A stretch of DNA of 64,000 nucleotides from Candidatus Kapaibacterium sp. GTDB lineage: Bacteria; Patescibacteriota; Patescibacteriia; UBA9934. The notes beneath the pieces are model-generated. The model was given only the letters and a program-made list of their open reading frames with translations, was not told the DNA's origin and searched no databases. A program made the position numbers and the translations under genes. The DNA is taken from the NCBI GenBank assembly GCA_044350705.1, contig JBILHA010000001.1, positions 113,809 to 177,808 on the forward strand, read 5' to 3'. Positions 36,757 to 44,884 of the stretch are shown here, piece by piece. Numbering within the stretch: the stretch's first letter is position 1; the number at the start of each line of letters is the position of its first letter.

Positions 36757-37662
36757 TTAGAAGATCGAATTAATAGGGTTCTTTTCGATACTGGCGTGCA
36801 CCTGCTTTTGATTTACTTGAGTGTAGATCATGGTAGTCGTAATCTCCTTGTGGCCGAGCGCTCGTTGGACGGAAACGATATCGTTGCTCCCCATATAGGT
36901 TTGCGTGGCGAACGTGTGCCGGAATTTGTGTGGCTTGATCCTGATGCCCGTCCGGTCACCAATGTGCCGAGTGAGATGCTTAAGGCCATTAGCCGTAAAT
37001 CGAGTCCGACCGTGGTAAGAAACCCACAGCCAGATCGACTCCACCTTTTGCTTCCCACGTTCTTGAAGGTATCGCTCCAGCAGTTCGCGAAGACGGAAGC
37101 ATAGCGGCACCGATCTTGCCATTCGGCTCTTTGAGGTTTCGGCCCGTACACGAATAACCCCGTTCTCCCAATCAAGATCCGTAACTCTGAGGTTGAGTAA
37201 CTCCCCCTTTCGCAGCCCGGCCATAGCCATCACACCGAACATTGCTACATTGCGGACGCGCTCAAAGTCGGTCTGTGCGCTCATGTTGACCTGATACATG
37301 ATCGATTCCATTTCCGCCTGCGTGTAGTACTCCGGCAAGTTTTTGACCAATGGAGGAGTCGGTATCGAAGCGAGTGGATTTACGCCGAGATGACCACGAT
37401 CAACGCACCACTTCAAGAAAGGCGAAAGGTTTTTTCGGTATGAGATAACCGTTGTCGCCTTCCATCCACGCTCTCGCTCTCCCCTGAGGAGGAACTGACG
37501 CAAGATACCTTCCGTCAGCTCGTCCGTCGTCTTCACGGGAAACATCTTCAAAAGCAGGCGAAAGCTCTCGTGATAGCTTTGCATCGTTGCATCCGAACGC
37601 CGTTTCAGGGTTCCATCCTGACACTCGTGGATGAATTGATTGTGCGCCTGCCGTACATCCAC
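36757..37662 (-). CDS. tyrosine-type site-specific recombinase (XerC/D-like)
   Basis: R...HxxR...Y catalytic constellation (HKFRHTFAT...LGHKEITTTMIYTQV). Confidence 0.8.
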   Translation of the reverse strand: MDVRQAHNQFIHECQDGTLKRRSDATMQSYHESFRLLLKMFPVKTTDELTEGILRQFLLRGERERGWKATTVISYRKNLSPFLKWCVDRGHLGVNPLASIPTPPLVKNLPEYYTQAEMESIMYQVNMSAQTDFERVRNVAMFGVMAMAGLRKGELLNLRVTDLDWENGVIRVRAETSKSRMARSVPLCFRLRELLERYLQERGKQKVESIWLWVSYHGRTRFTANGLKHLTRHIGDRTGIRIKPHKFRHTFATQTYMGSNDIVSVQRALGHKEITTTMIYTQVNQKQVHASIEKNPINSIF

Positions 37663-37665
37663 AAA

Positions 37666-38004
37666 TTATTTCATTTCCCACCCGCGCTTTTCCGCGAGAT
37701 TTTGACTTAAGTCGTAAACCATCTCGTACATTCGCCTGTCATCCGCGAGGGAGTCGATCAACTCCTGCATTTCCGCATCCCCGACTGATACGTGGTAATA
37801 GTCGCGGAAATGCATCCAAAACGCCTCAACGAAATCGTATGAGAAGAAAGTTTTGCGGTCCGGATGCTCAAGATAAAGCTCGCGGTCCCGCTTCTCGTCC
37901 TCATCAGCTTTGGCAAACATCTTTTCAACTTCGGGCCGCTCAAGGTACTCAAAGGCTTTTTGAGCATCTTTCCGCGTCCCGATCTCTACGTCACTCGTGT
38001 TCAT
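37666..38004 (-). CDS. hypothetical protein
   Basis: 112-aa ORF between two recombinase genes. Confidence 0.4.
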   Translation of the reverse strand: MNTSDVEIGTRKDAQKAFEYLERPEVEKMFAKADEDEKRDRELYLEHPDRKTFFSYDFVEAFWMHFRDYYHVSVGDAEMQELIDSLADDRRMYEMVYDLSQNLAEKRGWEMK

Positions 38005-38015
38005 AGCATGGGTTA

Positions 38016-39176
38016 TTAATTATTTTTCGAGGCCAATTTCACGATCTCTGCAATACGTTGAAGATCCTCCTCACCGAGCGTTGATCTCCCCGACGTAGCC
38101 TCGAAGTCAATCCCGGTGAGTAGCTCGATCTGCCTTTCTTCGTCGATCTTTCCATAACCGTACGAGCCAAAGGTCGTTGAAACATGCTCATGACCGAGAT
38201 TCTGGCTGATCGCTTTCTTTTGTTCCTCGGTCAACGGGACCTTCATAAATTCTTTGACGACAAGGTGACGAAAGGTGTGAGGGTGAAAATACGGGACGTC
38301 TGCCGCATTAAAGCGTTTCTCGAAAATCTTCCGAGCAGAACTGCTCTTCTCCCAGAACTCGTTCGAAACATCACCTGAGCTGTAGTAACTAATGTTTTCC
38401 TCCCCCTGTTCCAATTTTGTTGCCGGGAAAATGGGATCGTTCTGACCGCGGCCTTTTTCGTTCACCAGATAGTCGTACCAGTCGAGAAAATACTCTCTCG
38501 GCTTCTCGTATTTCAGGGGGAACAGGGCCGTTATGATCCGTTTTGCATACTTCGTTTTCACCCCCAGAGCGGGATTTTGATCAACAACGCAATCATTCCG
38601 ATCAAACGATCCGATCGGGAGACTTACAATTGCGGAGATGCGCGCCCCGGTCAGTAAGGCGAACGAGATGAGCGCCCGGTCTCGCCGATCCACCTCAGTT
38701 AGGGGTTCGATGGATTCAATGACCACTCGTACCTGCTCGATTGTAGGAGATTTCCGCCGTCCCGCCTGTCTCGCCTGCCGACTCTCTTTCTTGCCGAGGT
38801 TTAGGAAATCGACGTCCGTAATTTTGATGCTCTGTCGATATGCATCCTGTACCGCCAGCCACCTGAAGAAAGCCTTGAGCTTTCGCAGGGTGTGATACTG
38901 GTACGAGAGACTCAACGTTTCATCAGCCACGCCCGGTCGGCTCGCGAGCCAATCCTTGAATCGTTTTGCCCGGTCTTTATCGAAAAGGCGAAAGTCTTCG
39001 TTGTTGGTGAACTCTTGCCACCGGAGCAGTGCCTTCTCGTAGGTATCGACTGAATTTTCCGCGTACCCACCGGAGTCACGTTGATAGTCGAAAAAGCGCC
39101 GCTTCATCAACTCGTTTTGATAGCGAATTTCATCGCTCGTTTTGACCTTATTTTTCGCTTCATTCAATTCACTCAT
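38016..39176 (-). CDS. tyrosine-type integrase/recombinase
   Basis: HPHTFRHLVV...LGHEHVSTTFGSYGY in the C-terminal catalytic domain. SAM-like N-terminal domain. Confidence 0.75.
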   Translation of the reverse strand: MSELNEAKNKVKTSDEIRYQNELMKRRFFDYQRDSGGYAENSVDTYEKALLRWQEFTNNEDFRLFDKDRAKRFKDWLASRPGVADETLSLSYQYHTLRKLKAFFRWLAVQDAYRQSIKITDVDFLNLGKKESRQARQAGRRKSPTIEQVRVVIESIEPLTEVDRRDRALISFALLTGARISAIVSLPIGSFDRNDCVVDQNPALGVKTKYAKRIITALFPLKYEKPREYFLDWYDYLVNEKGRGQNDPIFPATKLEQGEENISYYSSGDVSNEFWEKSSSARKIFEKRFNAADVPYFHPHTFRHLVVKEFMKVPLTEEQKKAISQNLGHEHVSTTFGSYGYGKIDEERQIELLTGIDFEATSGRSTLGEEDLQRIAEIVKLASKNN

Positions 39177-39196
39177 ATAGTCGTCTGTGAGAGTGA

Positions 39197-39601
39197 TCAG
39201 TTAATCCTTTTAGGAGACGTCGGGATAAACCTGCGCATAATCGAGCCGCAGTCCCCACAATTTGCCACCTCTTGCAGTTGCTCGCGGTTGTCTTTGCCGA
39301 CGAGCTTTCCTGTCTTCTCCGTCCTGACACTTTCGAGATCAACGCGCTTCGCTTCGTGACATCTCAGGCAGTAGAACTCTCCCGGCTGGAGCTTCACTCT
39401 ATGATCCTGTCGGCGCTTGCTGAGAAATGCCTTAAGTTGATCGCCATAGAACAGGAGTGGATTGGTGTCTGAACGGATAGGTTTCAGCCCGTCATCTACC
39501 CAGCGGTAGATGCTCCCCCTTCTAACATCGAGCAGATCAGCGATCTCCTGCGGCGTATACGTTCGGCGATCTTTGATGATCCGAAGATTGTGATTACGCA
39601 T
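39197..39601 (-). CDS. HTH DNA-binding protein with C-terminal zinc ribbon (excisionase/regulator candidate)
   Basis: Excisionase-like HTH (QEIADLLDVRRGSIYRWV) plus CLRCH...CGDCG. Start moved to the internal ATG at 39601. Confidence 0.45.
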   Translation of the reverse strand: MRNHNLRIIKDRRTYTPQEIADLLDVRRGSIYRWVDDGLKPIRSDTNPLLFYGDQLKAFLSKRRQDHRVKLQPGEFYCLRCHEAKRVDLESVRTEKTGKLVGKDNREQLQEVANCGDCGSIMRRFIPTSPKRIN

Positions 39602-39611
39602 ATCAGGAGGA

Positions 39612-39884
39612 TTAATTCCACCAGCTTTGCCCAAGCGCCCCTCGAATACGACCTTTAATGTCTCGGACCGTCGACCAAAACCGAATCGGCTCGATGGCCA
39701 TCTCCCCGGCAAACAGCCGATTCTGTATCGCCTCCAGCTCTTTGGAGGAAACGAAAACCGCCACGGCTCGGCGTGGGTTAATGGGGTCAGACTCAAACGC
39801 CTTGATCGGGATCTCATGGTAGGCGAGAACGCAGATCAAAATGAATTCTGACGTCTTAAACAGATTCATCTTCTTGGATTTCAT
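39612..39884 (-). CDS. hypothetical small protein
   Basis: 90-aa ORF immediately upstream of the HTH gene. Confidence 0.3.
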   Translation of the reverse strand: MKSKKMNLFKTSEFILICVLAYHEIPIKAFESDPINPRRAVAVFVSSKELEAIQNRLFAGEMAIEPIRFWSTVRDIKGRIRGALGQSWWN

Positions 39885-40022
39885 AACATCTATTTCATCT
39901 TGATTACCGCCACATCACATCAAAATCTGCGTGCTTAAAGTACGCAGAACCTCCCCCGGTGGCATAACAAAAAAAGAGCCATATTATTGGCTCAAAAAAA
40001 GTTATGCACTTTTTAAGTGAAG

Positions 40023-40847
40023 TTAAGTGTCGACTTTATTCAGTCGGGTCTGATAGGCCTTCTCTGAAATAACCTCCATGCGAACCGTCGGAACGACTCG
40101 ACCATTTTCTATCTGAAGTACCCGCGTAAGACCGAGTCCACTTCGTGTGTAAAGCGAACAACGGTCGTTTGTATTGAAATAGTCGAGGAAACCGCGCATA
40201 TCATCTGGAACCACGTCTTCCTGCTCTGCAATGCGTACAAGAAATCCCCAATACTTACCTAAGCCATTCAGGAAGGCGCTTTCATAATTGCCATTAACGA
40301 TAACCCGAACCTTCGGTCGTCCCTCAAGCCGAACGAAAAGGATTTCGCGGATATTTGGGCTGGGTAGTAATTTTGGCTGCTCTTTCTTATTTGCCGCTAT
40401 GGCTAGACCACGTTCTTCGAGAATTTCCACCACCTTTAAGGCGATATCCTCCTTGTCTTCCTCAGTCAGTTTCCGATCTGGAATGAGGGCAGGGATCATC
40501 TCCTCCTCATCCTCCATGACCTCAACACAGAGATGACCGAACCTTAATGGTTCAATGGCCGGAAGTTGGGGAATTTCAAACGAAATTCTCGCCATCTCCG
40601 TCAGTTTTTGCATTTCATTGAATGAGTCGATGATTTGCTGTCCCGGCAGCGTTAATTTTCCCAGCTGCGCAGCCTTTTCGGCTACTCCGGTTAATGCGGC
40701 CGCCGCCATCTGAAAACTCGCCTCATGAGCGTCAAAAAAGCCCTGAATCCTCTTTTGTGACTCAAGAAACGGGGCGAGCGCCGTCTGCATTTCTTCTTCG
40801 ACGTGTTTGACGGCCGATAAACCCGTCAAATCTAAATACTTCGTCAT
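40023..40847 (-). CDS. hypothetical protein (274 aa)
   Basis: Clean ORF with no recognisable motif. Confidence 0.5.
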   Translation of the reverse strand: MTKYLDLTGLSAVKHVEEEMQTALAPFLESQKRIQGFFDAHEASFQMAAAALTGVAEKAAQLGKLTLPGQQIIDSFNEMQKLTEMARISFEIPQLPAIEPLRFGHLCVEVMEDEEEMIPALIPDRKLTEEDKEDIALKVVEILEERGLAIAANKKEQPKLLPSPNIREILFVRLEGRPKVRVIVNGNYESAFLNGLGKYWGFLVRIAEQEDVVPDDMRGFLDYFNTNDRCSLYTRSGLGLTRVLQIENGRVVPTVRMEVISEKAYQTRLNKVDT

Positions 40848-41147
40848 ATACTCATCTCATCTGGGACAAAATTACCAGAAAAAATCCCATTTCTCAATTT
40901 GAGGCAAGGATAAGTTCGGAGTTGCTTACCCTGAAAAAATAAGGTATTATTACCTCACAACACCTAAACCCGACCCCGTGGTTGGGCATGGTTAAACACC
41001 TACACGACTGAGACGGTCTTCCGACTGGCACTTATTCGTGTAGGGCCCTATTCCGCAAGGATAGGGGGTTGTTGCCGAAAGGCGCAGCCGTCAGCTCGGG
41101 AGACCTTTTGAGTTTCCCGACATTTATTAACCCCTACACGAATACCT

Positions 41148-41726
41148 ATGTCGCACGATACGACAGGGACCAAAAACTGGTTCGCCAGACACAAGATACT
41201 CAGCGCACTCGGAGGAATCATCCTCTTTTTCATTATCATCGGAGCAGCTTCAGACGGCTCATCTAGTACAAGCTCTTCAAGCAACCCTTCCGGCTCGAAT
41301 GCCGAGCAGCAGGAAGCGCCAGCGGCTTACACGCTGAACGACGAGGTGACCGTTGGCGACGTAAAGTGGATTGTGACCTCTGCTACATCGAAAACCTCGC
41401 TTGCTGGAGCATTTGGCGGCACAGAAACGACTCAAGGAAAATTTGTCGTTATTAACGTGACCGTCGAAAATTTGGGAAAGGACATGAAATCCATGTCGAA
41501 CCTAAAGCTGGTCGATAGCCAAGGTCGCGAGTTCACAAGCTCCTCCAAAAGCTATAAGAATCTTGGAGCAGAGCAGCTTTACATCCTTCAAAACCTGAAT
41601 CCCAACCTGCCGTATACCTTCGCGGACGTGTACGAGGTGCCTACTGGTGCGGAGGGCCTCTCGGTGGTGGTCGGAGATTTGGCACTTTTTGGAAGTGATG
41701 AAGCCAAGATTGGCCTCGGTTTCTAA
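41148..41726 (+). CDS. DUF4352-like secreted/anchored protein
   Basis: TM anchor, Ser-rich linker, then a beta-sandwich-like domain (KFVVINVTVENLGKD), typical of DUF4352. Confidence 0.55.
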   Translation: MSHDTTGTKNWFARHKILSALGGIILFFIIIGAASDGSSSTSSSSNPSGSNAEQQEAPAAYTLNDEVTVGDVKWIVTSATSKTSLAGAFGGTETTQGKFVVINVTVENLGKDMKSMSNLKLVDSQGREFTSSSKSYKNLGAEQLYILQNLNPNLPYTFADVYEVPTGAEGLSVVVGDLALFGSDEAKIGLGF

Positions 41727-41744
41727 AACCCGAAACACCCTCAT

Positions 41745-41772
41745 GAAAACCTCCCCTTCGGGGAGGTTTTCT
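41745..41772 (+). terminator. rho-independent terminator
   Basis: AAACCTCCCC-TTCG-GGGGAGGTTTT. Confidence 0.75.
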
Positions 41773-41786
41773 GATACATTGCGCGC

Positions 41787-43091
41787 ATGAACATCGAAGA
41801 TTTGCGATCATCAGTGACGGAGGAGATATGGAAAAAGTTGGAATCGGTAGCAAACAAATTTGTTACGGAAGCCATGCGATTCGAACTGGTCGATCAGTAC
41901 GGCCAAGAGCGGTATTTTCATTTGGATTTTTCTGAGTTCAGAAACACCAATCAGGATATCTACTCCCATTTCCATAAGCAGAAAACTGGCCTGAGCCCTG
42001 AAGACATCATCTATCCCTATTTTCAGGCTGGGGTGTATCTAGCCGTAGATCGTGATTGGAAGCAATACGAAAAACTCCGTTCGATGAGCTCGCTTCAACG
42101 CGATCCCTTCTATTTTCACAAAGACGCACCGCACGACGCCCTTGTGAACATGAAGATCATGGAGTCCATGGCGGAGGCCCAACAACGCCATGCTTTTATT
42201 GTGCCGATTTGGAACTTTACGAATTTCACCGAAGGACTCATTGAATTTGAAGAAAATCTGCAGAAGTTGTTACCGCCGGAAATTCAACTTATTTTGACAG
42301 AAGAATCAGCAAAACGAGAACACGCGGCGTTGATCGGAACCATATACGAGCAGCACATGCGCCTCACCGAGGTGAAGGAATTTTTCAGCTACCCGTCAGT
42401 AATGCTGTCGTGTGTAGGTACCAATTTCTTCGCCTTCCAAAAAGCGTGTTCGTCCTTACGTATAGTTTGCGATCTCTTCAGAATTTCAGGTTACCTTTTT
42501 CCGGGACAGCTCTCCTCTGACGTCGATGGCCTAAAGATATATACCGCAGCAATGGTTTCGCCCGGCTCGGTTGGGACCTGTTTCGATTGGGAAGACGAGA
42601 AACGAGGTATCAAAGAGCGCCGCCCTGATGGAAACCTCTTCCAATCGCACGGCCACAGAAGGGTTTCCAAAATGTTCATTGATACACGCAACTACGGCGG
42701 ATTCCTGCAGGTCTTTAAAGAATGGTCGCCGTGGATCCAGAAAGCAGTCGACGACCCATTCGACAAGAAGGTACTACATACACTCATTCCGATCCTGCAC
42801 TTGCTTTCGGAGGTCACGCAGGCACAGAGCGTGGGGTCGAAGATCCTTCTCTTGAACTGCTGCCTTGAAAGCATGTTCGTACCCAATGGAGCGCCGGGAC
42901 AACAGAAATACATCGTTGGTGCATTGAAAGTCATCAACGAGGATTTGGTCGATTGGTTTGAAAAGCGGCTCTACAAGCAAAGATGCGTATTCGCCCACGA
43001 AGGCTATCTGGTTGCGGATGAAAAATCGAGAGGACTCGTCACCGAATCGATGCGCAATATACTCACTTGTTTGAAGATGAAACTGGGCTGA
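41787..43091 (+). CDS. hypothetical protein (434 aa)
   Basis: Long clean ORF with its own terminator. No recognised domain. Confidence 0.55.
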   Translation: MNIEDLRSSVTEEIWKKLESVANKFVTEAMRFELVDQYGQERYFHLDFSEFRNTNQDIYSHFHKQKTGLSPEDIIYPYFQAGVYLAVDRDWKQYEKLRSMSSLQRDPFYFHKDAPHDALVNMKIMESMAEAQQRHAFIVPIWNFTNFTEGLIEFEENLQKLLPPEIQLILTEESAKREHAALIGTIYEQHMRLTEVKEFFSYPSVMLSCVGTNFFAFQKACSSLRIVCDLFRISGYLFPGQLSSDVDGLKIYTAAMVSPGSVGTCFDWEDEKRGIKERRPDGNLFQSHGHRRVSKMFIDTRNYGGFLQVFKEWSPWIQKAVDDPFDKKVLHTLIPILHLLSEVTQAQSVGSKILLLNCCLESMFVPNGAPGQQKYIVGALKVINEDLVDWFEKRLYKQRCVFAHEGYLVADEKSRGLVTESMRNILTCLKMKLG

Positions 43092-43103
43092 TCCTCTTAT
43101 CAT

Positions 43104-43130
43104 AAAACCACTCGCAAGAGTGGTTTTATT
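43104..43130. terminator. bidirectional rho-independent terminator
   Basis: AAAACCACTC-GCAA-GAGTGGTTTT between convergent genes. Confidence 0.75.
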
Positions 43131-43156
43131 CATAGCCTATATAGCGGGTCAAGTGA

Positions 43157-44107
43157 TCATGCGAAGTTCAGGGGGTGTTTCGTCATCTGGCTCCTCAAAT
43201 GCTCAACAGAAGCCGATAGGTAGATTGTCGTCGTTTTAATGTCGTTATGGCCCAGCATTTTAGAGAGCGAATAGATATCGCAGCCGCCCTCAATCATCAG
43301 GGTTGCGAACGTGTGCCGGAGCATGTGAATGTAGAAGTAAAGGCCCGAGGCCGCAATGATGCGCTCGACGAGCCGCTTCAGGCCTGAGTCCGTAAATCTC
43401 CCATCCCGATGCAATGAGACAAAGAAGTACAGGTTTGTTTTCTGCAGCTTCTCACGTTCGGTAAGGTATTTCTCAAGAATCGCAATAAGCTGAAATGGAA
43501 TGGGTACGACACGGTCTTTATTGCCCTTGCCCTGTCGGATGCAGATGACCATGTTCATCAAATCGACGTCCGTTATCTTGAGCTTGAGCAACTCATTCTT
43601 ACGAAGTCCGCAGTAAAGGAACATCGCAAATATTGCATGATTCCGATGGCGTAAGAATGCATGTGGGTACGGAAGGCATGCGGACGTTTCGATAATCGTG
43701 AGCGCCTCTTGTTTGGTGAGTCGTTTGGGCAAGTTCTTCTCAAGCCGAGGTTTTTCGATTTGCGCGAAAGGATTCTCACTCACGAAGTGCCGATCTTGTG
43801 CCCACTTGAAGAAGACATTGAGGCGTTTGTGATGGGTAATAAAGGTGCTTGCCGTCCATTTCTTTGTTGACCTCCCCCAGTAAAAGAATTTCTGGGCGAC
43901 TAAAAAAGACACCTCGTCAACACGCTCTACTTCAGGGCATGCCTGCAAGAACGTTCTGAGTGTCTCTCGATAACTTTTTACCGTCGTCGAACGGTAATTC
44001 CTGATTGTCTCCTGATACTGACAAAAAGACTCGTGCAGTTCTCCGATCCTCATATTCATCTCATTTAGAGCGGAATATGGATCGAGTATCCACTTCAGAT
44101 GTCTCAA
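43157..44107 (-). CDS. int: tyrosine-type integrase adjacent to tRNA gene
   Basis: HMLRHTFATLMIEGGCDIYSLSKMLGHNDIKTTTIYLS catalytic region. Its 3' end is 23 nt from the tRNA 3' end. Confidence 0.85.
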   Translation of the reverse strand: MRHLKWILDPYSALNEMNMRIGELHESFCQYQETIRNYRSTTVKSYRETLRTFLQACPEVERVDEVSFLVAQKFFYWGRSTKKWTASTFITHHKRLNVFFKWAQDRHFVSENPFAQIEKPRLEKNLPKRLTKQEALTIIETSACLPYPHAFLRHRNHAIFAMFLYCGLRKNELLKLKITDVDLMNMVICIRQGKGNKDRVVPIPFQLIAILEKYLTEREKLQKTNLYFFVSLHRDGRFTDSGLKRLVERIIAASGLYFYIHMLRHTFATLMIEGGCDIYSLSKMLGHNDIKTTTIYLSASVEHLRSQMTKHPLNFA

Positions 44108-44129
44108 TACGAGATTAAGCCATCTGAAG

Positions 44130-44406
44130 TGGAGCCACAGTCGGGATTTGAACCCGAGACCTCATCCTTCGTTTACACCCCTGTTTTCTTGGGCACTATC
44201 AGGGGGCTAGACTGTATCTTAGGCATGTCTTGCGACGAAGCCTCCCTTGTCAGTCGTTCGGGCGTACGCTTTCGCGTTGACGCCACGGTCTTGACCTTGC
44301 CGGGTCTTTAACCGTAATTCGGGGTTCAGTCCCGCATTTCTGCGAGAGGGGGCAGGAGACATTACGTCCCACCATGGATGCGCTCTACCAACTGAGCTAC
44401 TGCGGC
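44130..44406 (-). tRNA. tRNA-Thr(GGU) interrupted by a group I intron between positions 36/37
   Basis: 5' exon GCCGCAG-TA-GCTC-AGTTGGTA-GAGC-G-CATCC-ATGGU (44371..44406). 3' exon AA-GGATG-AGGTC-TCGGG-TTCAAAT-CCCGA-CTGTGGC-T-CCA (44130..44169). Acceptor and anticodon stems pair perfectly only when the exons are joined. The 5' exon ends in U and the intron ends in G. Confidence 0.6.
44170..44370 (-). ncRNA. group-I-like self-splicing intron (~201 nt) in tRNA-Thr(GGU)
   Basis: Contains GGTCAAGACCG (P4/P6-like), a P7 pair GACTG...CAGTC with the J8/7-like AAGATACAGTC (consensus AAGATATAGTC), and a terminal omega-G. Insertion after the anticodon matches the Azoarcus tRNA-Ile class. Confidence 0.5.
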
Positions 44407-44520
44407 ATGAATTGTTTCACTCCGACGACCGCCTCCACGGAGGATGTGGTCGTCCTATTTCTCTTTTCTTGATTTCTTCTTTTACATTGGCGTCAAACCT
44501 AGTTCTCAGGGTAGACCACC

Positions 44521-44532
44521 TCCTTACCATGG
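44521..44532. repeat. 12-bp att core, right copy (TCCTTACCATGG)
   Basis: Identical to 25821..25832. Confidence 0.7.
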
Positions 44533-44561
44533 ACGCGCTCTACCAACTGAGCTACTGCGGC
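44521..44561 (-). tRNA. 5' half of the split chromosomal tRNA-Thr(GGU) gene (positions 1-41)
   Basis: GCCGCAG-TA-GCTC-AGTTGGTA-GAGC-G-CGTCC-ATGGTAA-GGA, then unrelated sequence with no T-arm. Pairs perfectly with the 3' half at 25786..25830. Confidence 0.65.
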
Positions 44562-44702
44562 AGAAAGTATCCAAGTTTCGCCAGCTGCTTCGTCGTCGCT
44601 CCGGGCGGTCGACGGCGTACCATATAGGTACGCCTTGACGACCGTCCTCGCTCCGCCTTGCATCTGACGAAACTTAATACTTTCTGCATTTTATTTTTTG
44701 GC

Positions 44703-44787
44703 TGGTGGGTTGAGCCGGATTCGAACCGACGAAGGCGAAGCCAGGAGATTTACAGTCTCCCCTCGTTGACCGCTTGAGTATCAACCC
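44703..44787 (-). tRNA. tRNA-Tyr(GUA)
   Basis: 85 nt. Acceptor GGGTTGA/TCAACCC, anticodon loop CTGTAAA, long variable arm, T-loop TTCGAAT, encoded CCA. Confidence 0.85.
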
Positions 44788-44807
44788 TTAGTTAAAAAAG
44801 AACCATG

Positions 44808-44884
44808 TGGAGCCGATGATCGGATTCGAACCGATGACCTGCTGTTTACAAAACAGCTGCTCTAACCAGCTGAGCTACATCGGC
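44808..44884 (-). tRNA. tRNA-Thr(UGU)
   Basis: Acceptor GCCGATG/CATCGGC, D-arm GCTC-AGCTGGTTA-GAGC, anticodon loop TTTGTAA, T-arm ATCGG-TTCGAAT-CCGAT, encoded CCA. Confidence 0.85.

Larger units (their letters stand above)
25821..44532. mobile_element. ~18.7-kb integrative element inserted in the anticodon loop of tRNA-Thr(GGU), with metal-resistance and Dsb cargo and three tyrosine recombinases
   Basis: Bounded by 12-bp direct repeats that sit on the two halves of a split tRNA gene. An integrase (43157..44107) lies next to the right end. Visibly higher GC and different codon choice in the cop genes than in the chromosomal cop paralogues. The reconstructed attP has inverted-repeat arms, GACCCCTCC(CATGGTAA)GGAGGTGGTC. 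Confidence 0.65.

Noticed and set aside
36757-44107. Recombinase-in-trio (RIT) element.
   Set aside because: RIT elements have three consecutive overlapping recombinase genes. Here only two are adjacent, separated by another ORF, and the third is 4 kb away.
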